Shown: piece after piece, positions 7,657 to 15,132 of the stretch | Numbering within the stretch: the stretch's first letter is position 1 | Layout of the letters: every line of letters starts with the position of its first letter | Assembly (NCBI GenBank): GCA_021810985.1 | Contig: JAJZQA010000001.1 | Coordinates: forward strand, 1-27,054 | Source: Deltaproteobacteria bacterium | GTDB lineage: Bacteria > Desulfobacterota > Desulfuromonadia > Geobacterales > Geobacteraceae | Direction of reading: 5' to 3' | Length of the DNA stretch: 27,054 nucleotides | Translations under genes and position numbers: made by a program | The notes under the pieces: generated by a model | The model's database searches: none | Told to the model about the DNA's origin: nothing | Seen by the model: the letters and a program-made list of their open reading frames with translations, nothing else

Positions 7657-8282
7657 ACAGGCAGCGTCTGTTACTGATGATTCTGGTGCCAATACTGATT
7701 GCCACCTCACTCTGGAGCTATTATTCCTTTCCGCGGCAAAAAACCGTGGCCAAGCTAAAATATTCGCCGGGGTCCCGGGCGGTTGCCACCCGGGAGCGCT
7801 TGAAAGCGGCCGGGCCAGGCGTGAAACCAATGGACAGCCGCGTCCTGCGGCTCGATCTTCTGGAAAACCGCCCGGAATTCGCCGGCTACCAGCGGGATAT
7901 CTTCAGCCCGCTGTTTGTCGACCGGGAAACGATGCTGGAGCGGCAAGCCGCGGCAGCAGCGGCGGCGGCCGCCGCGGAGGCGGCGCGCAGGGCTCGCCTG
8001 GCGGGTCCGCCGCAGCCGGTCAAGCCTCTTCCCGTGCCGACCGGGGTGCAGACTGAGCTGGCGGCCTTCAAGCTGCACGGCTTTCTGAAAAAAGATGGGA
8101 AAAAAATCGTATTTCTGGCTAAGGGCCAGGAAATAACCCCGGTCAAGGAGGGAACTACCTTTGCCGGCCGCTATGTCGCGACGTCCATTACCGATCAGGT
8201 CATTATTCTGAAAGTAACCGGTACCGGTGAGGAGATAATAATCCCTTTGATAGAAAACGAGCCGCTGAGAGTTATGCGGTAA
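7653..8282 (+). CDS. Protein in the PilP/GspC position of the secretion operon
   Basis: ATGA overlap. N-terminal TM, RDIFSP motif, Ala/Pro linker, and C-terminal FKLHGFLKKDGKKIVFL...PVKEGTTFAGRYVATSITDQVIIL resembling the PilP/GspC-HR beta domain. Confidence 0.65.
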   Translation: MNRQRLLLMILVPILIATSLWSYYSFPRQKTVAKLKYSPGSRAVATRERLKAAGPGVKPMDSRVLRLDLLENRPEFAGYQRDIFSPLFVDRETMLERQAAAAAAAAAAEAARRARLAGPPQPVKPLPVPTGVQTELAAFKLHGFLKKDGKKIVFLAKGQEITPVKEGTTFAGRYVATSITDQVIILKVTGTGEEIIIPLIENEPLRVMR

Positions 8283-8330
8283 CAGTCGAACCCGGTCCTC
8301 TCAGGGAACCGGCATCCGAGGAGTCGACGA

Positions 8331-10781
8331 ATGCGTTCACTTATGTATCTGCTCTTAGCAGGTTGTGTCACCGCCACCCTGATCGGCTGTGCCGCGGGGC
8401 GGTCCTTCAACGCCGGGCAGGGTCTGGAAGACCAGGGCAAGTACGAAGAGGCCATGCTCAGTTATGCGGATGCCTTTCGTGCTGATCCCGAGGTCGTAGA
8501 ATACCGGGCACGCTTTCTCACCGCACGCGACCGGGCGGCGGAAATTCGCTATGCGAAGGGTCTGGAAGAATTCAGGGCCGGTGACTATCCTGCTGCTTTG
8601 AAGGATTTCCAGGTCGCCTATGTGCTCGACCCCAGCAAAGAGATCTACCGGCAGAAGGTCGATGCCACAATGCGGAAAAGGGATGCGCTAGAGGCGTATA
8701 ATGAAGGGCTGGCGTTCGAGAAAGACAACAAGCCGAAATACGCGAAACTTGCCTACGAGAAAGCTCTTGATCTGGATCCGGAAGAGCCGGAATACAAACA
8801 GGCCAGGGCCCGGGTGCGTGGGCAGCTCGACTCCAGGATGGCCGGGTATGAATTGCAGCTCTCCTCGCTGAAACCCTTTGCCTTCAAATTCAACGGCGCC
8901 GGTCTCAAGGGAGTTTTCCGGATTCTGACTCAGCTTTCCGGCATCAATTTCATCTTTGACGAAGCGGTCAAGGACACTCCGGTTACCATCAATCTGGATC
9001 GGACGAATTTCCGGCAGGTGCTGGATCTGCTGAGCACCATGCACAAACTCGGCAGTACGGTCCTCAATGAAAAGACCGTGCTGATCTTTCCCAAGACGGC
9101 CGATAAGGTCAAACAGTACGAGAATATGGAATTGCACACCTTCCATCTCAATTACATGGACGCGAAAAAGGGCATCAACCTGATTCGCAGCATGTTGCCG
9201 GCCCGCAAGGTCTACGTCAATGAAGAAACCAACTCCATCGTCGTACGGGACAATAGTGATACCGTAGCGGTGATAGAGCGGTTGCTGGATGCCAATGACG
9301 TACCGGATGCGGAGGTGCTGCTGGATGTTGAAGTCATTGAGCTGAACGACAAGGACACCAAGAATGTCGGGCTGCTGTTGAGCCGTTATGGCGTCGATCT
9401 CGGTGCCTTTAATCTGAGCAGCGGCAAGTTGCTGGCCGACACGCTGGTCAATGCCCAAACGACCGGAAGCACCACGACCACGGACGCGAGCATTTCCAAT
9501 CTGATCAATGCCTTCAACTGGAACGGCTTCGGCGGATTCGTGACGGTGCCGAATGCCACCTATAATTTCGGTAAAACGTTTGCGAAGGGAGAGGTCCTCT
9601 CCAATCCGAAAATCCGGGTGAAAAACAAGGAAAAGGCCAAGTTCACGGTCGGCACCCGGGTGCCGATCACCACCACCACGACCAATGGGACGATCGGCGG
9701 TTTCAGCGTGAATGTCCAGTATGTGGATGTGGGGGTAAAGCTCAACGCCGAACCATTGATTCAGCTCAACAACACGATCGACATCAAGCTGAGTCTGGAA
9801 GTCAGTTCCATCGTACAGAAGGAAACGCTGGCCGACAAGACAACTACCGTTGTCACCATCGGCACTCGCAACCTGGAAACCGTGCTGAGCCTGAAAGATG
9901 GTGAAACGAGCGTCATTGGCGGTCTCATATCCCGGACCAATACCGACAGCCAGAATAAGATCTTCCTGCTGGGAGACATTCCCGTCATCGGGCCGTTTAT
10001 CTCCGGAAACAGCAATAGCAAGGAAAAGACCGAAATAGTGCTTGCCATCACACCCCATCTGATGCGAGGCCTGATAGCACCTCCGGCCAATGCCACGTCA
10101 TTCATGTCCGGAAAGGAAGATGACCCCTCCCTGGCCCTGTTCCCGCCAGCTTCCGATGAAGAGCCGGGGCAAGCTGCAGCGGTACCGCGATTCGCTGCTC
10201 CTCCGGCTGTTTCCCAACCGGCTGCGCCGCCGCCCGCTTTCGCGCCGCAGGCTACTTCAACCTCGCTTCCCGGTCAACCTGGGGAAACCCCCGCCGCTAC
10301 GGCTCAGGCTGTTGCTCCTGTGGCGATCCCGGTATCTCCCGGGACAGTTTCGAATCAGGGTTCTTCCTTGCAAAGTGGTTCGCTGATCATTGCGACCCCG
10401 CCAGTGAGTAAAGTGGGTGAGACGTTCACCCTGGAAATTCGTGCCGAGAATGTCGGCGCTGTTATGTCGGCGCCATTTTCTTTGACCTTCGATCCGAATT
10501 ATGTCGAACCTGAAGCTGTATCACCAGGGACATTTCTGCAAAAACAGGGCTTGCAAACGAATTTCTCCAGTTCCACTGACCCAAGTGGCGCTATTAATGT
10601 CGATGTATCACTTCCCGATGGAGCTACCGTCGCAGGCGGAAGCGGTATTCTGGCAACCGCTGTATTCCGTGCCAAAAAGCCAGGGGTCGCGGCGTTCGGA
10701 TTCCGGGATGTTGCGTTCAAATCGGATACAGGAGCTAATGTCCCGGTAATTCCGGTGGCAGCCTCCTTGAATATTCAGTAA
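8331..10781 (+). CDS. gspD: Secretin (GspD/PilQ family) lipoprotein with N-terminal TPR region and C-terminal cohesin-like domain
   Basis: Lipobox LIGC; TPR-like helices; N-domains (FRILTQLSGINFIFD); secretin core (LSNPKIRVKNKEKAKFTVGTRVP, YVDVGVKLNAEP, LKDGETSVIGGL, KIFLLGDIPVIGPF, KTEIVLAITPHL); Pro/Ala linker; cohesin-like VGETFTLEIRAENV...FSLTFDPNYV...GSGILATAVFRAKKPG. Confidence 0.93.
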   Translation: MRSLMYLLLAGCVTATLIGCAAGRSFNAGQGLEDQGKYEEAMLSYADAFRADPEVVEYRARFLTARDRAAEIRYAKGLEEFRAGDYPAALKDFQVAYVLDPSKEIYRQKVDATMRKRDALEAYNEGLAFEKDNKPKYAKLAYEKALDLDPEEPEYKQARARVRGQLDSRMAGYELQLSSLKPFAFKFNGAGLKGVFRILTQLSGINFIFDEAVKDTPVTINLDRTNFRQVLDLLSTMHKLGSTVLNEKTVLIFPKTADKVKQYENMELHTFHLNYMDAKKGINLIRSMLPARKVYVNEETNSIVVRDNSDTVAVIERLLDANDVPDAEVLLDVEVIELNDKDTKNVGLLLSRYGVDLGAFNLSSGKLLADTLVNAQTTGSTTTTDASISNLINAFNWNGFGGFVTVPNATYNFGKTFAKGEVLSNPKIRVKNKEKAKFTVGTRVPITTTTTNGTIGGFSVNVQYVDVGVKLNAEPLIQLNNTIDIKLSLEVSSIVQKETLADKTTTVVTIGTRNLETVLSLKDGETSVIGGLISRTNTDSQNKIFLLGDIPVIGPFISGNSNSKEKTEIVLAITPHLMRGLIAPPANATSFMSGKEDDPSLALFPPASDEEPGQAAAVPRFAAPPAVSQPAAPPPAFAPQATSTSLPGQPGETPAATAQAVAPVAIPVSPGTVSNQGSSLQSGSLIIATPPVSKVGETFTLEIRAENVGAVMSAPFSLTFDPNYVEPEAVSPGTFLQKQGLQTNFSSSTDPSGAINVDVSLPDGATVAGGSGILATAVFRAKKPGVAAFGFRDVAFKSDTGANVPVIPVAASLNIQ

Positions 10782-10784
10782 AAC

Positions 10785-11279
10785 ATGATGAATTTTCTTT
10801 GGAAACGAAAGGGCGTTACCCTCCTTGAGTTGATCGTGGCAATCAGTATCCTGACCATTCTGGTTGCGGGCATCGTGCCGTTGACGCGCATGACCGCAAA
10901 GAGAACCCGGGAAATTGAATTGCGGAGCAACCTGCGCATTATCCGGACCGCTCTCGATGATTTCAAGAAGAGCTACGACAAGGCAGTAAATGATAAGAAA
11001 ATTCCCGTCACGGAGAACAAATCCGGTTATCCCGAGACATTGAATCAGTTGGTCGAGGGGTATGATTTTGGCGGTCTCTATGCGTTTAAGAAGAAGTTTC
11101 TGCGCAAGGTGCCCATTGACCCGATGAACCCGCCGGAACCGGGCGAAGAACCCGAATGGGGAATGCGGTCCTACAGTGATCAGCCTGATAGCAACTCCTG
11201 GGGCGGGGAAGATGTTTATGATGTATATTCACTCAGTGAAGGAACGGGGCTTGACGGTACAAAATACGAGGAATGGTGA
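10785..11279 (+). CDS. Type II secretion pseudopilin (PulG-like)
   Basis: Class III signal KRKG|VTLLELIVAISILTILVAG with Glu5; FLRKVPIDPM motif. Confidence 0.88.
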   Translation: MMNFLWKRKGVTLLELIVAISILTILVAGIVPLTRMTAKRTREIELRSNLRIIRTALDDFKKSYDKAVNDKKIPVTENKSGYPETLNQLVEGYDFGGLYAFKKKFLRKVPIDPMNPPEPGEEPEWGMRSYSDQPDSNSWGGEDVYDVYSLSEGTGLDGTKYEEW

Positions 11280-11298
11280 TAACGTGCGGAGTGGGTTG

Positions 11299-11727
11299 AT
11301 GGTGCGGGGATCTCGGGGCTTTACCTTAATCGAGTTGATGATTGTGCTGTCAATTATCGGCATTCTGTCATCGATTGCCGTGCCGAATTATCAACGCTGG
11401 ATAATCCGGGCGAAAGAGGCCGCACTGAGTGACAGCCTGAATAATTTCCGCAAGACCATCGACGAGTATTATGCCGACCAGGGCAAGTATCCGGATGAAC
11501 TGAACGAACTCGTTGCCAGAGGATACCTGCGGGGGCTGCCGATCGATCCTTTTACCAAAAAATCTGATACCTGGATAACGGTCGCGCCTCCCGAGGGGAA
11601 CACCATCCCGTTAGATTCCGGCACCCAGCCGGTAACCGCCCCGGTGAAGGAACCGGGCAACGTCTATGATGTCCATAGCGGGTCCGACCTGGTCGGCAGC
11701 AATGGCGTGCCCTATAACGAGTGGTGA
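11299..11727 (+). CDS. gspG: Type II secretion major pseudopilin (GspG/OxpG-like)
   Basis: RG|FTLIELMIVLSIIGILSSIAVPNY...YYADQGKYPDELNELVARGYLRGLPIDPFT. Start set at ATG 11299 (GGAG at 11288-11291); GTG 11284 is an alternative. Confidence 0.9.
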   Translation: MVRGSRGFTLIELMIVLSIIGILSSIAVPNYQRWIIRAKEAALSDSLNNFRKTIDEYYADQGKYPDELNELVARGYLRGLPIDPFTKKSDTWITVAPPEGNTIPLDSGTQPVTAPVKEPGNVYDVHSGSDLVGSNGVPYNEW

Positions 11728-11733
11728 AGCAGG

Positions 11734-11770
11734 AGCGATTGGCGAATAGCTAATCGCTGTACTTTTATTC
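11734..11770 (+). terminator. Intrinsic terminator between the convergent pseudopilin and ATPase genes
   Basis: AGCGATTGGC-gaata-GCTAATCGCT, a 10-bp stem with one G-U pair, followed by gtacttttatt. Confidence 0.6.
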
Positions 11771-13534
11771 CACGAAAGTCACCCGGTTGATCTCCCTGAG
11801 AGTTGTTTCTCCGTTCAGAAGTTTTTCTATTGCCGATTCCCGCAGAAATACCACACCAGATTCACGGGCCAATTGTTTGAGCTCGGTTGTGGACGATTTT
11901 CTGATCATGAGATCGCGAATTTCGTCCGTCATATCGAGAAGCTCGACGATGGCCGTCCTGCCGTGGTAGCCGGTGCCGTTGCAGGCTTCACAGCCGTGCG
12001 CTTCAAAAAGGGTCCGCTCCCGCGCGCGCTCGGGAGCAATGCCGGAATCAAGGAGAACCGCGTCCGGATAGCGGGTCGAAATCCGGCACTGTGGACAGAG
12101 CCGTCGTACCAGCCGTTGCGCCATGACACAGTTCAGGCTGGAAACGAAATTGTAGGGGTCGATGTTCATGTGGAAAAAACGGCCGATCACGTCAAAGACA
12201 TTATTGGCGTGAACGGTGGTAAAAACCAGGTGCCCCGTCAATGCCGACTGGACGGCGATCTGGGCGGTTTCTGAGTCACGGATTTCCCCGACCATGATTT
12301 TGTCCGGGTCGTGACGCAGGATTGAGCGCAATCCCCGGGCAAAGGTCAGGCCTTTCTTTTCATTCACCGGGATCTGAAGAATACCGCGCAGCATGTATTC
12401 AACCGGGTCCTCGATGGTGATGATTTTTTCCTCTCCGGTGTGAATTTCGGTCAAGGCGGCATAGAGTGTTGTCGATTTACCGCTGCCGGTGGGCCCGGTC
12501 ACGAGAATCATGCCGTACGGTTCGTGAATCTTCTTGCGAAACCGGACTATTTCCCGGTCGCTGATGCCGAGACTTTCAAGGGTCAAGCCTTTCAGATTGC
12601 TGGCGATCGCTTCTTTATCGAGGATCCTGATTACCGCATCCTCGCCCATAACGCTGGGCATGATGGAGATACGGAAATCGATCGACTTTTCGCCCAAGCG
12701 AATTTTAAAACGGCCGTCCTGGGGGACGCGGCGTTCGGAGATATCCAGTTCGCTCATGACCTTGAGACGCGAGATGATCGGGGCCTGAAACTGGATGCCC
12801 ATCGGATCGCTGGCTTTGTAAAGCACGCCATCGATACGGTATTTGATGACCACGCCTTCCTGGCTGGTTTCGATATGAATATCGCTGGCACGGCGGTTAA
12901 GGGCATCCAGAATCGTGGTGTTGAGAAGTTTGATGATGGGGCTGGTATCCTCGGAAATGCCCTCCACCGTCAGGATTTCCTCGCCGTGATCGTTTTCTTT
13001 AACCAGCTGCAGCATGAAGTCTTCCGAAACTTCCCGCAAGACCCTGCTGGTCGCCGTGCCGGCTTTGAAAAAATCCGCTATTGCTGATTCGGTTGCCACG
13101 CGGACCTTGATACGGCGATCAACCAGGAGTTCCAGTTCGTCCAGTTTGAGTACGTCGGTGGGGTCGGACGTGGCTACAACCAGGGACTCGGAGTCCATCT
13201 CCAGCGGCACGAAGCGGAACCGGTGAATGAAATCGGCCGGTAGTAACGCAAGCAGCTCTTCGTCAATTTTATACTGACTCAGATCGGCGTATTCGAGGCC
13301 GAATTGCTTCGCCAGCGCCTGCGCAAGATTCTCTTCACTGATCAGGCCTTCAAGGATGCAGATTTTACCGAAACGTTGATCCTCCAGGGCGAGTCTTTCC
13401 AGTATGAGAGGCAGATATTCGGCAGCCAGTGAGCCTTGCTCGATGAGAATAGTTCCGATGTCTTTGTTCTGGTAACCCATTGATATCTCACGATCTTTCA
13501 GCTTGGGAATTAGGTGTGGAAGTTGTTGCTCCAT
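11765..13534 (-). CDS. gspE: GspE/PilB-family secretion ATPase with MshEN-like N-terminal domain
   Basis: Walker A GPTGSGKS, Asp box TIEDPVE, LRHDPDKIMVGEIRD, His box GHLVFTTVH, and Zn tetra-Cys CPQC...CEAC. The start overlaps the upstream stop (TAATG); ATG 13480 is an alternative. Confidence 0.95.
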   Translation of the reverse strand: MEQQLPHLIPKLKDREISMGYQNKDIGTILIEQGSLAAEYLPLILERLALEDQRFGKICILEGLISEENLAQALAKQFGLEYADLSQYKIDEELLALLPADFIHRFRFVPLEMDSESLVVATSDPTDVLKLDELELLVDRRIKVRVATESAIADFFKAGTATSRVLREVSEDFMLQLVKENDHGEEILTVEGISEDTSPIIKLLNTTILDALNRRASDIHIETSQEGVVIKYRIDGVLYKASDPMGIQFQAPIISRLKVMSELDISERRVPQDGRFKIRLGEKSIDFRISIMPSVMGEDAVIRILDKEAIASNLKGLTLESLGISDREIVRFRKKIHEPYGMILVTGPTGSGKSTTLYAALTEIHTGEEKIITIEDPVEYMLRGILQIPVNEKKGLTFARGLRSILRHDPDKIMVGEIRDSETAQIAVQSALTGHLVFTTVHANNVFDVIGRFFHMNIDPYNFVSSLNCVMAQRLVRRLCPQCRISTRYPDAVLLDSGIAPERARERTLFEAHGCEACNGTGYHGRTAIVELLDMTDEIRDLMIRKSSTTELKQLARESGVVFLRESAIEKLLNGETTLREINRVTFVE

Positions 13535-14241
13535 TATTTCCGTTCCGGAGCCGCAACCGGGGCAGCCAGGCGGTTGGCTGTCGTAACATACTCGATCACC
13601 GCGGTGTCGGCAGCTCGAGGATCAAAGAGGTCCAAGGGCGGGGCGACGGTGAGCGGATATTCGGTCATCTGTCCGGAAAATGCCACTGTCAGCGAAGTCG
13701 AGAGACTGCCGCGGTTTGGCAGGATTTCCAGTATCCAGATGCCGGTATCGGTCCTCTTTGCCGAGACGAAATGTCCGCCAGTGACGGAAAAAATCGGGGG
13801 ATCATCGGCACGGCCCTGTACGCGCAGGGTAATGGTGGCCACGGTCGTTCCATCCGATAAAAGTACGGCCGGGTTCTGACTGAAGACCGGGTCCCAACGT
13901 GTGAACAGGCCTTCCAACGCTGCTTGGGTTTTTTTTCCGGAAAAGGCTCGAACGCGATCCAGCACACTTTCCTTGCGATCAAAACTTGCGGTTCTTGCGC
14001 CGGGAAACTGGTTGCCCGGCAGGTCCGTTTGCGCCTGGCTGTGGTCTATCGGCAGCAGCAGGAAAAGTGACACTGCATAGGATAGGGTGAGCAAGCGTCC
14101 CGTGGTGCGGAAAAGCTTGGCGATCAGGTTGAAGGAGAAGATGCGCGGGCCGTTGCCCGGAGCAAGAGACAGTGGGCCACCAGGTCCTTTTTCCGGTTGA
14201 GCAATGGAGAATGACGGGGCAGAAAGTATGTATCGAGTCAT
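13534..14241 (-). CDS. Exported or membrane-anchored protein of unknown function, translationally coupled to the ATPase
   Basis: Track ORF 13534..14427. The true start is more likely ATG 14241 (AGGA 7 nt upstream). Hydrophobic segment LLTLSYAVSLFLLLP followed by SQA|Q, then a beta-rich C-terminal domain. Confidence 0.7.
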   Translation of the reverse strand: MTRYILSAPSFSIAQPEKGPGGPLSLAPGNGPRIFSFNLIAKLFRTTGRLLTLSYAVSLFLLLPIDHSQAQTDLPGNQFPGARTASFDRKESVLDRVRAFSGKKTQAALEGLFTRWDPVFSQNPAVLLSDGTTVATITLRVQGRADDPPIFSVTGGHFVSAKRTDTGIWILEILPNRGSLSTSLTVAFSGQMTEYPLTVAPPLDLFDPRAADTAVIEYVTTANRLAAPVAAPERK

Positions 14242-14393
14242 GGCTGATTCCTGTATTGCTAGGAAAGAGATATCGAATGGATATCTCACGGGTTTGTGGT
14301 TGGTCTTGATGTTGTTGCTAAAGTATATCTTACCTGGGGTGTTCGGCCAAGAGACGAATTGTTCCACAAAAGCTGACCTGCAGGGCCTGCGCG

Positions 14394-14437
14394 AAATGGT
14401 ACGTCCGGATTGAAAAAACAGTACCATTTGATACTCT
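14394..14437 (+). promoter_or_regulatory. Putative promoter overlapped by a 9-bp inverted repeat in the divergent intergenic region
   Basis: AAATGGTAC (14394-14402), N18, GTACCATTT (14421-14429). TTGAAA (14410-14415), N16, TACTCT (14432-14437) with an extended TGn. Confidence 0.45.
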
Positions 14438-14535
14438 AGTGTAACGTGTTATCGTGCCGATGCAAAATTCCTGGACAGAAAAGATGTGTTTTGGGGGCGA
14501 TTATAAGCGGCGTTGTGCGCCGAAACCGGGTAAAT

Positions 14536-15105
14536 ATGAAAAAAGTGCTGAATAACAAAGGGTTTGCTCTGCTGGCTGTCTTGACAATGGTCATTGTCAT
14601 GGGCATTACCTTGGGCGCGGCCGGATTGTCATGGCGAATTATCATGAAACGGGAGCGGGAAAAAGAGCTGCTTTTTCGCGGGACTCAGATACGGGATGCC
14701 ATTACCCGTTGGTACTCGCTCAAATCAGTTGAGCAGGCGGCCATGCCTCTTCGGGATCTGAAGGACCTGCTGAAGGACCCGCGGACACCAAAGACGGTGC
14801 GTTACCTGCGTCGGTTGTATACCGACCCGATGACGAACAAGGATTGGGAGTTGATCATCGATCCCTCAAAAGGTATCCAAGGTGTTGCCAGCACCAGTCA
14901 GGAAGAGCCGCTGAAAACGGCCAGATTCCCGGAAGAACTTCAGGATTTTGCCGAAAAGAAGAGCTACCGCGAATGGCGCTTCGTCTATACTCCTTCTACA
15001 TCCTCTGCCCAACCACCGGGAGCTTCAGGCGCAACGCAGACGCTCCCGCCCGGAACGCCGCAACCGGCTGCCAACGGGCAGATTCCCCCGCCAATGACCC
15101 CGTAA
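14536..15105 (+). CDS. Pilin-like type II secretion protein lacking Glu5 (minor pseudopilin)
   Basis: MKKVLNNKG|FALLAVLTMVIVMGITLG class III-like signal; REREKELLFRG...LKDLLKDPRTPKTVRYLRRLYTDPMT resembles the other pseudopilins; Pro/Ser/Thr tail. Start moved from the track start 14446 to ATG 14536. Confidence 0.8.
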   Translation: MKKVLNNKGFALLAVLTMVIVMGITLGAAGLSWRIIMKREREKELLFRGTQIRDAITRWYSLKSVEQAAMPLRDLKDLLKDPRTPKTVRYLRRLYTDPMTNKDWELIIDPSKGIQGVASTSQEEPLKTARFPEELQDFAEKKSYREWRFVYTPSTSSAQPPGASGATQTLPPGTPQPAANGQIPPPMTP

Positions 15106-15132
15106 ACCGAGGTGCTGCTCTCTTATGTAAAA

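Noticed and set aside
8688-10058. 456-aa minus-strand ORF
   Set aside because: Antisense shadow of the secretin, with no motifs; typical of GC-rich coding DNA.
10380-10781. Slight GC dip in the cohesin-coding segment (47-52% in three counted lines versus about 55% in two core lines)
   Set aside because: The difference is too small on hand-counted lines to claim a foreign origin.
14242-14427. N-terminal extension of ORF 13534..14427 (likewise 19864..20151 of capD and 14446..14535 of the pilin)
   Set aside because: Better RBS-supported internal starts exist; the extensions run through promoter-like DNA.
11728-14535. Recombinase-type inverted repeats flanking the oppositely oriented ATPase block
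   Set aside because: Compared both ends by eye; no matching inverted repeat and no invertase gene.
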